Assembly (NCBI GenBank): GCA_051294905.1 | Contig: CM119372.1 | Span: 39,248,001 to 39,312,000 of the forward strand | Direction of reading: 5' to 3' | Source of the DNA: Botryllus schlosseri | Lineage: Eukaryota | Length of the DNA: 64,000 nucleotides | Shown here: positions 26,355 through 39,370 of the stretch, one piece after another | How the letters are laid out: each line of letters begins with the position of its first letter | How positions within the stretch are numbered: the stretch's first letter is position 1 | The notes under the pieces: model-generated | Told to the model about the DNA's origin: nothing | What the model saw: only the letters and a program-made list of their open reading frames with translations | Databases searched by the model: none | Program-made: the position numbers and the translations under genes

Positions 26355-27383
26355 ATGAACACAACGGCAGATGGAACTTATCTCATCACAACCTCGGATT
26401 CCTCACGTAAACAAAAGTTAACCGAGAAGGAACTTCTCATAATATGGATAACTTTCGGAATGATTTGGAGTTTTGCTTTGATCGCCAATCTATTTTCGGT
26501 TGTAGCACTCGCTAAAACAAAACAAACTCCTTTTCATGCCATCATCATCGGTTTATGCTGTTCCGATATTATCTCAGCCATCGCCTCACCTTTCATTGTG
26601 GGACAAATTATGTACTCTAATGCCAAGAAAGAATACCCTTGGAATGTTGTAATCTGCAAAGCTGCAATTCCGATGGGTTCGATAACCAGTGCTGTTACGA
26701 TCCAGCTCGTGTTCACATTGTCTATTTGGCGATTGCATGCTATACGCTGGCCTCACAAAGCTGTCGGATTTATGACAGTACGTAGGGCGAAACAGATTGT
26801 GATATCAACGTGGATAATTTCGACGTTTATGCTCCTGCCTCTCGCTGCATACTATTTGGATGTTGTTCCTTCGACTGTCGACCATGGAAAAAAAATATGC
26901 TTTACCTCGGAGCAGACTATTTGGATCGGATATATCTACCATTTCGTAGATGCCGTGGTGATGAATCTGATTCCAATAACTTGGATCTTGATACTGTGTA
27001 TTGTGACCGGATTTTACGTACTGCGACGGAAAACGAAAAGACAGGATCTTACGGGCGATCATAAGCTTCGGAGAGAAGAAAAGCAGGCTTTGTCCCAACT
27101 ATCACTGATTATCGCCTCCTTTCTGGTTGGCTACCTCCCAAAGTTTTTTCTCGTCGTTTCGTATATTGTAGGTCACAATAGTCGCGTCACCACCATCTCC
27201 TATTTGGTATCACGCGGACTTTTAAATACTACAGAGTGCATCAATCCAATCATTTATAGCATCAGCTCAGAGGACATACGACATTCGATGAAGCATATTT
27301 GTCAGCGCGTATCCTGCATTTTCCGACACCACCCAGAGGAAAAACGCAGTGGAGATCGCGAAAAAACTGAATGCGATGTTTGA
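26355..27383 (+). CDS. Orphan class-A (rhodopsin-like) GPCR, 342 aa, no intron in the CDS
   Basis: Seven hydrophobic segments; TM1 AN, TM2 LCCSD, ECL1 YPW..C, TM3 LSIWRL, TM4 W, ECL2 Cys, TM5 P, TM6 FLVGYLP, TM7 NPIIY; N-terminal NTT glycosylation sequon. Confidence 0.93.
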   Translation: MNTTADGTYLITTSDSSRKQKLTEKELLIIWITFGMIWSFALIANLFSVVALAKTKQTPFHAIIIGLCCSDIISAIASPFIVGQIMYSNAKKEYPWNVVICKAAIPMGSITSAVTIQLVFTLSIWRLHAIRWPHKAVGFMTVRRAKQIVISTWIISTFMLLPLAAYYLDVVPSTVDHGKKICFTSEQTIWIGYIYHFVDAVVMNLIPITWILILCIVTGFYVLRRKTKRQDLTGDHKLRREEKQALSQLSLIIASFLVGYLPKFFLVVSYIVGHNSRVTTISYLVSRGLLNTTECINPIIYSISSEDIRHSMKHICQRVSCIFRHHPEEKRSGDREKTECDV

Positions 27384-27454
27384 CTCCGGACACAGATGTG
27401 CTCAATACTGTCTATTTAATATATATATCAGTGATGAGGTGATCAATAACGCGA

Positions 27455-27605
27455 TACTTGTACTTTTTCTAAGTATCGATGTAACTTCCTCTACTTGCAC
27501 TGGTTACTTACGTAAAGGGATTTTTTCCGTTACTATTACTTCAACCTCGTAATATTAGCTGATCCAGTTATTTGATTTTCGCTATTCACAGTTTGTCAAG
27601 TAGAT
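27455..27605 (-). mobile_element. Decayed end of an AGTAGA-repeat MITE, with a matching remnant at ~8975-9105
   Basis: Reverse-complement similarity to 36170-36330. Confidence 0.65.
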
Positions 27606-29935
27606 GTTCATCCAATGTGACAGAGAGACAGAGACTGAAACGGAGACAGTTAAATTTAGGAGCTTTTGATTTTCTTTGAATTGGACCCAATAATGTTTTT
27701 TTTATTCGTTTTATCGCTTGTACATACCAATAGCATTTATTGTCTTGCCCTGGTACCGCTCCAAACTTGCTCGTTGATTTTGACGGTGCTCACTGGCAAG
27801 ATTGGTGATGAGATTTCCTGTTATAAATCTTGAATATGTCATCTTACACTGGAGATTGAAGATTTACATTTGCCGATGTCGATTTCGCAGCAAAACTTGA
27901 GACTTATCGGCAGTGTTAAAGTCATGATTATCGGGCACATGAGTGCGCATTAGGGCTCTTCAAAAATGACTTTTTTTCTCAAATCGTACTGGCTACTTGA
28001 TAAAATTGTTAGGTTACCTAATTTAAGCCTACACACAAAATTTGGTCCAATTCCAGCCAGTAACCGCTTTGCTACAGGCGGCATTGGTGCATTTCCCGAT
28101 TTACGTTCGCGAAGCATTTCGGGAGTGCATCGGTCAATTCGTAAATAAAATTTGCATGTCGACGGCCGCCAACACATACTAATTGAATTACGTGTTGACG
28201 GCCGCACAAATTTCGTTCTACGGCCGCAGACTGGCCACCCCTGGGCTAGAATTAATTCCACTTCCGGGTGCATGCCGCGATCTTATCAATATAAATTCAC
28301 TGTCTATCTAATGCCTAATAGTTTATTATTCGATATTGTTGTTCTCGATACGAGTACATCCAGCAATCAAGTTTACCGGAATGTAGAAGGTTCACTGTTC
28401 AAACGAATCGAATAAAATCAAAATTTGTGCCACCCAGAATCTTGTGATGCATCAATATTTGACAATGGCATGGCCTGGCATGGCCTACTGCACGTTAATA
28501 ATGAAAGGAACACTGAAAAATGATTTTGTGCGACAATTTCGGAGTACGAATGTAAAATGTATGAAGTAGATAACAAGAAGTATGGATGATGGCAAATGAG
28601 AAAGCGTGTATTCTAATCAGTATCGCCACGAATAGGTTTCGAGTCTGACACCGTATCTAGTAGCTTTCGTCACGGCAATTTCTCATTATATCGGGGTAAC
28701 CGTTTGGCGCCGGCGTGGGTATTTTTACCCATTGCAGGTACGAGGGAAGCGTACTGTAATAGAACCACTATATATCCCGTTCTAATCGTGCTAGGTCGCT
28801 GCTGTTCATTTCTGAGGATAGATATTGTTTGTGAAAGTTCACTGATACCATATTATTTGATATACATTATATCTAAGACGCCGAAATCGGATATCAAATA
28901 CCGTAGATAAATATGTTGTAAAATACATTGACTCGGCAACGCGCGCGTCATTGACCACTCTCACATAACGTACTGTATGATTTGTTCTAGCCGTCTTAGA
29001 GCGTAGTTGTTTCTTTCTGTGAAAAGCTAGTGTCCATACAAGTTCACACATATCTTCATATCTGATATTAGTTACATATAAGGTGTTCAAAATCTATGTG
29101 ATAGGCCGCGTGACAAAGATATCCGGCGACCGCATCATTTCGCGGAAGCGCGCGTTCCCGATACTCATCATATACCATGTCGTATATTTGGTTTTATTCG
29201 TCATAGCCAGTTGTTGTAGTTTGTTTCTATGAATAGCGCTTGTCAGCTTCTGATTTTCTTGCTAAAACAACTATACTAGTTATGTCTGCGTCGCTCAAGG
29301 TTGCGCTTGAAAATCGGGAAGAGAATTCTCGCAGCCTACCGTACCAGCTTCAAGCAGATAGATGAATACTGGTCACATAACGGGATATGTATCGAGTTCT
29401 AATAGTGATATACCTTCATAGATTTGTGTCTGTGAATAGTTGTTGCCTATACCATCCTAAATAATGGCTAATGGTCAAGTATAATTCGGAATAAATACAA
29501 TATTACTCAGCGCATATACCTACGCAAAAGTGCTCATCTGGATATACAAAGAGCTGTCGTATAACGATATATATCTTTCGTTGTAGTAATGAAAGGCATT
29601 TACGGATTGTCTCTTTCAACAGAAGTAGCCAATTTCCACCTTCAAGGCCAAAATAAACAACATTAGTTATGCCTATGTCACCCCAAGGCCGCTTCTGAAA
29701 ATCGTGAATAGAATTCCTGCAGACTACCACACTAGTGTCAAACGCAGGGACGAATATCCGTAACATAATGTGTCATATCCTGAATTTTATCGGTAGTAGA
29801 CATTCTTAGATTGTTTCTGTGGAGAGTACGTGCCCATAAGATTATATCTACATCAGATTAACAGCTAATAGTGATGTATATATCGCAACAAGACCAATTC
29901 TACACGCTGTGTATTCCCCGCAAACGTGTGTATCA

Positions 29936-30499
29936 CAGGGTTGTAACTTGTAACCAAGTCACAAGGCTCCGAGTCACAAGTCAATCTCACTTTTATAGTT
30001 TTGACTCGAGTCAAGCCGAGTCATTTCAATTCACCACCGAGTCAAGTCCGAGTCCAAGTCAGCGAGCAGAGTGCCGAGTCCGAGTCATGGAATTATGACT
30101 CGAGTCCAAGTCCAAGTCATTGTGTTGACTGCTCGGTTTCCAGTTGAAGTCTTGGTAAACCCACTTTTTATAACTCTGTTTGGTGATATCGAATGGTTCT
30201 CATTTATAATATACCAATTTTCCTCACTTTTAGCAGTTTATGGTCGCATTTTCAAGTACCAGTACCAACAGACGAAATGCCAATAGTGTGTTGGCTTCGG
30301 AATTATAATGAAATGTCGGTCATGGCCGTCTGAGTCTCGAGTCAATGACTTGGTTCGAGTCATGCGCAATGACTCGAGTCCAAGTCGAGCCAATACACAG
30401 AATGACTCGAGTCGAGTCGAGTCATTTCCGTATTTTGAATAAATGACTCGAGTCAAGTCGAGTTATCAGAAAATCGTGACTCGAGTCATTACAACCCTG
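29936..30499. mobile_element. hAT-type MITE with GAGTC/AAGTC repeats
   Basis: TIR CAGGGTTGTAA...TTACAACCCTG; TSD GTGTATCA/GTATATCA. Confidence 0.85.
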
Positions 30500-31889
30500 G
30501 TATATCATGTTTGTATGAAGTGCTACCAACTAACGTCATAAACCTTACGTAGTTGTGAGATATGCGTTTGTGGTTTGTCCTTATGGTTAGGTCTTGACAA
30601 TCTCCGTTTATCAATACTAAAGTGACCCATTTACGTGCTCTATAAGCTTTGTAAATGCCCTGGAAGACTACGCTACCTAATAAATACACGCGCATCACTC
30701 GCTCACTCGCCGATGACTCATTCACTCTGCGGCCTGGCCTGTGCAAACCGTCAGTACTGTATCTATTGGATAATGGCGATATTATAGCGTATTAGATCGA
30801 CTGAGCCATCTCCATGATCATGATTTCCTCGTCGATATGATTCACAAGAAGCCTATGTCACCAGATATCCATGTTAAGGTTTATAAAGAGTACAGTAAAT
30901 ATAATACGTTTCTCATCAACGAATTCTCGGCTTGCTCTTGATATAAGTGGCCAGACACACGGCTCGAAATGATTTGAGTGGCGCAATCGGATACGCGTTG
31001 AAATTCTCAATCGAACGACACCTTGTTTACCGTGTTCGAATCCCATTAAAGTACAGTTTTGCGATTTTGAAAATTGAAGTAAAATTTTTCGGAAATAACA
31101 GCCGGTGCCAATCGGTGCTGTATTGCTGCATTTCCCGAATAATGGCACAGGCAAAGCCGTGTTAGAGAAACAAATCTGCGCCGAGATGAATTCCAATTTG
31201 CAGGCACACACCAGCACACCCTCCAATTTTGCGCTACGATTACCACGACTATCACGAAGTTAGCTAGCTCAAGAATGGTTTTGTAAACGAATACGAATAT
31301 GGCCGCACATAATTTAGATTTCAGAAAAGCAGAACATCTATTTGGGCGCCTGATCGGGAGAGGAGATCTAGGATGGTGCTTCTCAGCACACGTTAGGCGC
31401 GCATAGCCAGTCGAAAAATTAGGGGGATTTGGACTTTTTTCAAATTTACCAATATAGCTTCAATTCAATTCGGGTTAAGTATATGTGTAAATGGCGATCA
31501 TATACTCTTCGTATTGACGATTTTAGGCGTATGATAAGCTTGTCCCTGATCTCTGGTGAACAATTAAATACGCGCGCGTATTACGCAGTCTCGGCGACAG
31601 TTCTGGCAAATCAAAATGTCCGAACTTGATGGCACCGATTTCAAACCTTTGTCGTCTTTCAGAACTCAAGCCATGATACACATCTTCTGATCATTACGTT
31701 CAAGTATTAGCGGTTATCAATTACGCACGTTAAAGTCTGTTTGTAGTGATTCGATATTATTCAGTTTTGCGATGTCGCTTTTTAATCAATATGACATAAA
31801 ACAATCACTAATTAGCGTAAACTCGACCACATTGTCTCCAATCCAGCGAGAGATAGAATACAAAGCATGCGAGGCCCGAGACGCGACAG

Positions 31890-32057
31890 TTAGGCCAGCA
31901 ATGATATATTTCACACCAGGCCTATTGCAGCCGCTATCGTGTAGGCCAGCGATGATATCGTGCACAGCAGGCCGAAGCCGCCAATGCAGATGCGATTGCG
32001 CACTGTGCAGGCAAGCGATGATAAAGTGTGAACTGAGCCTATTGCAGATGTGATTGT
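31890..32057. repeat. Three diverged 50-65 bp tandem units
   Basis: AGGCCAGC(A/G)ATGATA-like starts at ~31892, 31942 and 32008, each followed by a (A/T)TGCAG motif. Confidence 0.6.
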
Positions 32058-32416
32058 TCAAGCCTGCGGTACCAGGGTTGTTCGAGACGCGATAAAGCAG
32101 GCTAGCGACGATTGCCACGCGCACGGGAATGAATGACCTAATTTCGCGACCATCTCAGCGGGAGATCATCACAGACTCTTCTTGCTAATTGACAACACGT
32201 TTCTCGCAAATCAGCCGCGCGGAACACTGATAACACAATTATTGAATGGCAAATGAATATTAGTTTGAATGATCATTTCAAAATGACGGGGTTTCGCGTT
32301 TCAAATAGGGAAGTTCGACCCCCGAAACCACCGTGGATACACACCTGGCACACGCGCGTATCGAAATCGAAGACTTCTCCAACGAGGCCGCATCGATTCG
32401 CCTAGTTACTAATTAC

Positions 32417-32836
32417 CAGAGATGAGCGGATTTGAAATTTCTATGTCCTAATCCAATCCAAATCCGAACCTTCAAATCCAAATCCTAATCCATAACTTTT
32501 ACATATTCAAGTCTATGTCCAATCCTAATCCGATTCCAACTGGAAATTCAGAAAAAATACTAATTCATGCAATGGAGGGATTCGAAAATTTTCTTTCACA
32601 ACCAACGATTCACTTGATTCAAGATAAATTAGTGACCTTAAGTACAATAATAACTGATCTGAATAAAGTTTGTCGCCATTCGCCACACGACATTTCAATC
32701 TCCCAGAAAATAGGTCAATCCAATCCAAATCCTAACCCGTTCTGAAAAAAATGTCTAATCCAAATCCAATCAAATCCGAGAAAATTTCACAAATCCTGTT
32801 TTTTCAAAACCTAATCCTAATCCATGCTCATCTCTG
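32417..32836. mobile_element. hAT-type MITE with AATCC/CCTAAT repeats
   Basis: TIR CAGAGATGAGC...GCTCATCTCTG; TSD CTAATTAC. Confidence 0.9.
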
Positions 32837-33259
32837 CTAATTACTGGTCACAAATCACTTGGGCGTTTGAGCATTTTGTACGAGGTGGCGGCCACCTCGT
32901 AACCTCGTAAGTCGGCGCTAATGTAACACTGTGTAACACAGTATATTAATTGCTTTGCTCTAAAACATTGCGTTCCGACATCTAATATAAATTCAGCAAC
33001 TACAACACACGGCAAAATCGAGTGCGAGTGATTTGATTCTGAAGCGAGTAATAGGCTTCAAGTCGCGTCGAGTATTCTAGTTCGTAACTTTAATGCTACT
33101 AGAACAAATTTATTGCCAGCTCCACATCAAATGGGTATTTTGGTAGATCTTCGACCGTGCCTGTTCCATTGCAGTTATTCATAATGCTGTGCGTTGATCA
33201 CGACTCCAGATATGTCATGTTCACTAATGCTTTGAACTACATGTTCTCTATTCCGCGAT

Positions 33260-33532
33260 TAGGGTTGTATTTGAAGCAAATGGGGTTTTAAAACATTTCA
33301 TTTAAAAAAATGTTTAAAGCATGTTTTAAGCACTATTTCAATATATTACCATTAAAACACAAAACTGTGTTTTTTAAGTTTAAAATCATGGCATAATCGT
33401 GTAAATACTTTGGAAAAACATGTAGTGTGAGTCTATTATGGACGATTTGAAGCCGATATAGTCGACGTATACGATATGGAATGGTTGGAACCCTCGTAAT
33501 TGTTGTCGGTTCAACAGCTATAGCCTGTATGT
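33260..33532 (-). mobile_element. Truncated TTTAAAAC-family MITE
   Basis: TAGGGTTGTATTT terminus; inverted similarity to 54434-54867. Confidence 0.7.
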
Positions 33533-34352
33533 TAGGGCTGTCCTAAATTTGGAAAATCCTAATAATACTCCGTGATTATGCCTCATTCTATAGATTATTC
33601 ATAAAAAAAAACAATGAGCCTGAAAGAAGCTCACAGGAAAGCCGTTAAGATTTCGACCAATGCATTTGAAAGTAGCTGCCCAAGAATGCACGTGCCAACG
33701 ACCATAGAACGGCGAAAAGACCAGCAATAACATAACCACGGTTCTTGATTGGCTAATCAGCTATGCTTCAATGATCACGACAGCAGCAGATTGCTGATTC
33801 GGTGTTCAAGAAGTCTGCTACCGGCGGGGATCTGAAAGCGCATGTTGGTAGGTTGGCAGATGATGGTTTAAGATTAATTCAGGACATGTTGAGGTACGAC
33901 ATACATGATGTACAAACAACAGCTGCTTCACAAAAACTTCTATAGCATGACTGCTTTATTGTGAATGAAGCGGATTGAGCCTTGCTAGCTGTAGCAAGTG
34001 GTGAACGAATTCCTCGTTTCACAAGGGATCAATCGTCAGTGAATACAAATATAAAGCTTGACACACTAGACTTTGTGTGATTTTATTTGATCCAAGTTGT
34101 GGTATATAGTCGAAGCTTTGAATGCTCTAGGGTTCGACCTAATCAGCCGTTTGTGCTTGGCAGTTGTACTTACAGCAAATTGAATTCACTTGTAAGTGTT
34201 GTCAAAGTCCTTAATGATGCTGCAGAAAATAGGTGTAAGGTAAGCACAGACTATGCTGGATATGATTTCCAAACTATGCTGGATACTATGAAGCATAGTC
34301 TGTGCCTTTCTTTGCACCTCTTTTCTGCGTTATCGTTATAATGACTTTGACA
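33533..34352 (+). mobile_element. Truncated second copy of the fold-back element (one arm plus hairpin centre)
   Basis: Colinear with the arms of 9874-11486; palindromic centre at ~34200-34350. Confidence 0.85.
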
Positions 34353-35052
34353 TTCAGCATGTGGCAAATCCGGCGGCTCACGACCGTTTATGGTCGTGAA
34401 TCCTTTTATAATTTCAAAATGATTGGTGGCCTACCTCAAAATTGATCTGATTACTAAAAATAAGGTCATCACCTTTGCGTGGACTTATTCACGACCTGTT
34501 TTTGAAGATGAATGCGTCCAACATCTTCGCATTCGCCAGAAAAAAGGCAGACGATTCTCAGGTTAAGAACTATTGTCTTTGATTAAAACATCCGAACCGC
34601 CGTGACCGACACCAGGAAATGTACCATTCTGTTATAATTGCGATTACAACTAGATTTATTTCAGTTAATAATGTTTTTGATTGATTTTTTTTTATTGTAG
34701 TTGTTGCGATAGCGAGGCACCAATAATAAAATTAACATATGTGACTCTAAATCGCGCGCAGCGCGAACAAAAATATCAAGTGCTTGAAAATAAGATAATA
34801 TTTATGCTGATTTCGTAAAAAAATTTGAGCTCCTTTTTACCAGCCTTCAAAATTCCGGACATTTACGCTTATTTTAGCATTTCCTCCCAGATGCAGTTTA
34901 AACGGTGAAATTCCGGACAAGTCCGGGAAATTTCGGACGTATGGCAACCCTATTATTATCATTATTCTCGTCATATTGGGTTTTAATAAGAACATCTCAT
35001 TCTAAAATCTTCAGTCTCCACGCCCCGTACCTACTGTAAAGTCGGTTTCTGC

Positions 35053-36338
35053 CAGAGGTGGTCAAAGTAGTCAAGAAAGCTACTCAAGTAGAAGTAGAAG
35101 TAGTGACGAAAAAATCTACTCAAGTACGAATAGAAGTACTTCTTCCATAATCAACCTAAAACTACTTGAAGTAGAAGTAGAATTTACTGACTTGAAATCT
35201 ACTCAAGTAAATAAGTAGTTGTGAAAACGATCGTAATTCGTTCGCATGGATTGTCAAAAGGTGCAAATTGAGCTATGCGAAAGGTGCCGAGCTTGATTCA
35301 TTTTGATGCATACCAGGAGGTATCCAATGTTCGACATCATAAGCATTCGTCCGCATCATGGAATGAAAATGATAGTATTGATATGGAAATGCGATTCTAA
35401 TCCTCTGTTTACTCGAACAGCACGTTTTAAAAAGTATCATACTATGGCGCACTCCCCCATATTATAAAGCCCGTAGTTTAGTCGAAGAGCAATATGGAGT
35501 TGCATAGGATACGGTGTAAACACTTTGCGCGATTAGTAAGCATTAATAAAAATATGGTGGATCGTAAAAATGCCTTAATGTGTAGCTTTATTTCCGGAAA
35601 TTAAAGTCATGACGGCACTTGCTTTTATACTTCAACATGTATGTTATCCAAACAAAATAACTGATATTAATTAGAACTCAAAGTATATGAAACTGGGAAT
35701 TGAAAGTGAAATATAAATACTACTTCTAAAGCGGAAAATGTATTTCATGTCTTCAGTCAGAAAGTTTCAAAGATGGTATGCTAAAACAGCTCTAAAACTA
35801 AAAAAAAGTCAGAGTCCGCTTTCCTAGATTTGGACACGCCATGGACTGCTAGATTACGATATAAGTAAATGCTAGATTGCGAAACATCAGTTTCAAACGT
35901 TATGATGAGCCATATATACTGTGATGAAATATTTCATATTGGCGAAGGGCGACAATGCGGTGTGAACGGAACCACGTCAACCCGCTACCTAAATCATATT
36001 CACCGATACTTTCGTGAAATCATACAGGTTACTCCGTATCCACAGAGCGCGAAGCGCGACGAAAATTCTGGGCTTTACTCAACTTTTATGAAAATTAAAT
36101 GTTGATACTCCGTGAAAACAGCCCCGAAATTCCTCAGGGTATCTTCCTGATTAGAGGATTAAACTACTTCTACTTGACAAACTGAAAATAGCGAAAAGTA
36201 AGTAAGTAGATCACAAAATATTACGAAGTAGAAGTAGAAGTAGCGAATATCAGATCTACTTGAGTAAGTACCAGAAGTAGAGGAAAACTACTTGAGTACT
36301 TCGAAAAAGTAGAAGTACTTCGTTAGTGACCACCTCTG
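35053..36338 (+). mobile_element. hAT-type element with AGTAGA repeats
   Basis: TIR CAGAGGTGGTCA...TGACCACCTCTG; TSD GTTTCTGC; full-length similarity to 43490-44766. Confidence 0.92.
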
Positions 36339-37958
36339 GTTTCTGCTGTGAGTAAGAAATTTTGTCATGGCACTGAAAACACGTTCTGTCAAATATGAGT
36401 CGGAAACGATGACGACGAAAAAGTCAACCCGACTCCAGTGGGAGTATTTCTATTTGATTCAATTCTGTACCCAGAACGATTGATTGGGGACATTGAACAT
36501 AGGGTTAAACTTAAAATTGTTCTACACCACAATATAATCAGCCTCTCAATCATTTCATACTCGAAAACTTGACCGAATCGATTGATTATCCGGTAAAGAA
36601 TTTCTAATTAGAATATATATCGAAATCAAGTCACCATATTCTCGTGCAGTTTTCTGATATTATTGATTTACGTTTTTCATTCAAAATCGGGTATTCGAGC
36701 TGAACCGGTAGCTCATGCAAGCTTGGGAATTGAAACAGTTCACGTGTCGCAAAATTTGGATCAAATTTCACCGTCTGATCACCGAATCCGGACAGTGCCA
36801 TTTTAACCATTATCAGGTTTCATCATTACTAAGAACGGATGTATATTCTACTCATAAATTTCTGAAAATATACCCGTCAAGTAGAAGCGAGATCGTTCCT
36901 CGCAACCGGAACACCGTGTCGAAGGCCACGGTCGCAGAACTGTGGAAAATCCACGATCGTTTGAAAAAGAGATGATAAAGAAAGTTTCTTTTAAAAAGTA
37001 ACTTTCCCGGTTCAGCTGATTAAATAGGCGACCCATAATTGCCATGGGTGAATCGGTATTGCCTTTTAGCTGCTTTATTCATGAACCGTTTCAATACAAC
37101 GCAGCTCTTGATTTCTAAAGCTACCCCGCCCCATTTGCTCCTAGCGCCACCTACCGCCCAATATTACAGCCAGCGCCCCCCCCCTAATCGCCTATTTCAT
37201 GGTCAGCGCCTTTTCCACACCCGCGACCGCCCCAGGGGCGCTGGCGCCCACTACGGAAACCACTGCTCCATACTGACCCTTATGACAGTTATTGTAGTGA
37301 TGGCACGTGGGTAATTTCAAATCGCGCGCCTCGCTGTCTCTTCGAGCAGACTATCTTCCGGTTAGTTGGAGGTGTCTGTAATGAAATTTCTGTAGCAGTT
37401 GTTATATCGTGGATAATCAGGAGTTTTAAAATTGCAACCACGCTAAATCTGTACACGTTTTAGGTTAATATGGATTCACGCTCACCCGGTTGGTACGGTG
37501 ATCTGGCGCGTCACGCACGTTGTCGCACGATTCAATTCGCGTATTCACTATACTCGCTATTGTAGGTGACATCCGTGCGATAGTCGTGCGTCGGCCAACA
37601 TCGTATATGGCCAGTTGGCCACGCAGTCCCGGCAGTAGGAGGCCATTTATTGCATGTGCCATTACCATCCATTCCATCTTACAATGATTTATTCACCATA
37701 TTGGTAGATGATCTATATGAAAAGCAAAGATATGGATATTATCGAAGTACTTTCAATTGTTTGTGCTATTCCTGTAGTACCCACCTATACAGTATTTAGG
37801 CAACACCTTACCTTTTTACTTTGAAAGTACTTTTTGTTCAAGGTTGCGTCGTTTTATGAATGAATTTATCGTGATAATGGATTGATTGAACCCCCGTATC
37901 ACTGTAACTCAATATATTTCCAAACATCATACCCATTTGTAGTGTCACTGTCCAATTA

Positions 37959-39370
37959 CACTGGTCAAAAAAATGAAGAAAAAAAATTAGGCAGAACACT
38001 TGAGAGCAGTTTCTGGGGTTTTTGAGGTTGCTGATTACGAATATCACACCAGTTTTGTCAGATTGGCTCTTTGTCAGGATATATTTATACCCCTAAAAAG
38101 CCCAAAATTACCGTATTTAGCCTTAAATATTTCACTTGGTAGGAAGAAAATCGTAGTTTTTTTCTAATTTTACACTGCGCATAAATAGATAATTGACTAT
38201 GAAGAATCCTCATGTCGATCTCAGTCATTCTATCAATATTAACATGACATGATGCGAAATATTTGTTTGTCAAAAAAGCAGTTTGTGAAGCCTGAAAATT
38301 GTACTTTTGTACAACGGAAATACATATTATCCTGTATCAATTGGTCATTCTACCATGATTACAGAGGAGTATAAACTATAAAATTTATTCCTTGAAATGC
38401 TTAACTACTATACTCATATGCGTTTCATTTCTTTTGACTGGTAAATGGATAATTTTCCGCTTAGTCAACAAAGTGGGTATACCTAGTAACCCTTTTAAAC
38501 GAGAAGCTTAAATCTGGTATCTGGTATATTCGAATACCGATGAAAGATTCCGATTTCACATTAGGAAGGAGTTCACTGCCTGTAATTTCTCCTAAAATGT
38601 AGTAAATAAAACTTTTTAGATGATCACAATGCACCAAACAACAAACAGTTGGTCCGAAAATTCACATGTGCATAACGAAAACTTGAGCACAAACATAAGC
38701 ATAAAAGTTCACTTCCTGTTCAGTCATCTTGATATATTTCCTGCTCATCTTGTTGATTAGCAAGGGGAGAGATTCTACCAAGACATCAGAACAACAAAAG
38801 AAAGATATCAGGGCAGATGAGATGACAAATTGAACATAATATGACAGACCATTGCCGGAACCTTTCGAGAAACTGCCCTAAATAGCTTACAGGCGAAAAT
38901 CGTACAAAAAACAATTGTGCTCTAAAATAAATTAAAGTATTATATTTCAACTGATTATTTCAAATTTACAGTAGGTGGTTGACGTAAAACCGATTGAATT
39001 TATGTCACGTTATTTATGTATCTAGGTGAATACTTATGTACATGACTGGAGTTTATTTATGTACATGGTATCCGTGAAAGTCTGTAACTATGATTTATCT
39101 ATTACCCCTTAATATAGTGCTGTTGCTGTATTTTGATTCAAAGAGTCATAACAAGTAGATTGAATTTCTAAACTTTATAGTACGACTGAGCCGATTTTAT
39201 ATCTAGTCATTACCGCAAAAATGGGAGATTTTAGTCAGAATACCCCCATGGGTTATTTCCACAACAAGAGCCAATTTGAATAAAACTAAGGTCATATTCG
39301 GAATCAGTGCCCTTCAGAACCCCCTACACCACTCTTACTTTGTCTGCCTAAAAATATGTGTTGACCAGTG
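37959..39370 (+). mobile_element. Chapaev3-like element with transposase C-terminal remnant
   Basis: CACTGGTCAA...TTGACCAGTG; 3-bp TSD TTA; 38698-38860 reads SIKVHFLFSHLDIFPAHLVD*QGERFYQDIRTTKERYQGR*. Confidence 0.85.

Noticed and set aside
32445..32825. CCTAAT/CCAAAT repeats as interstitial telomere
   Set aside because: Irregular and confined between MITE TIRs
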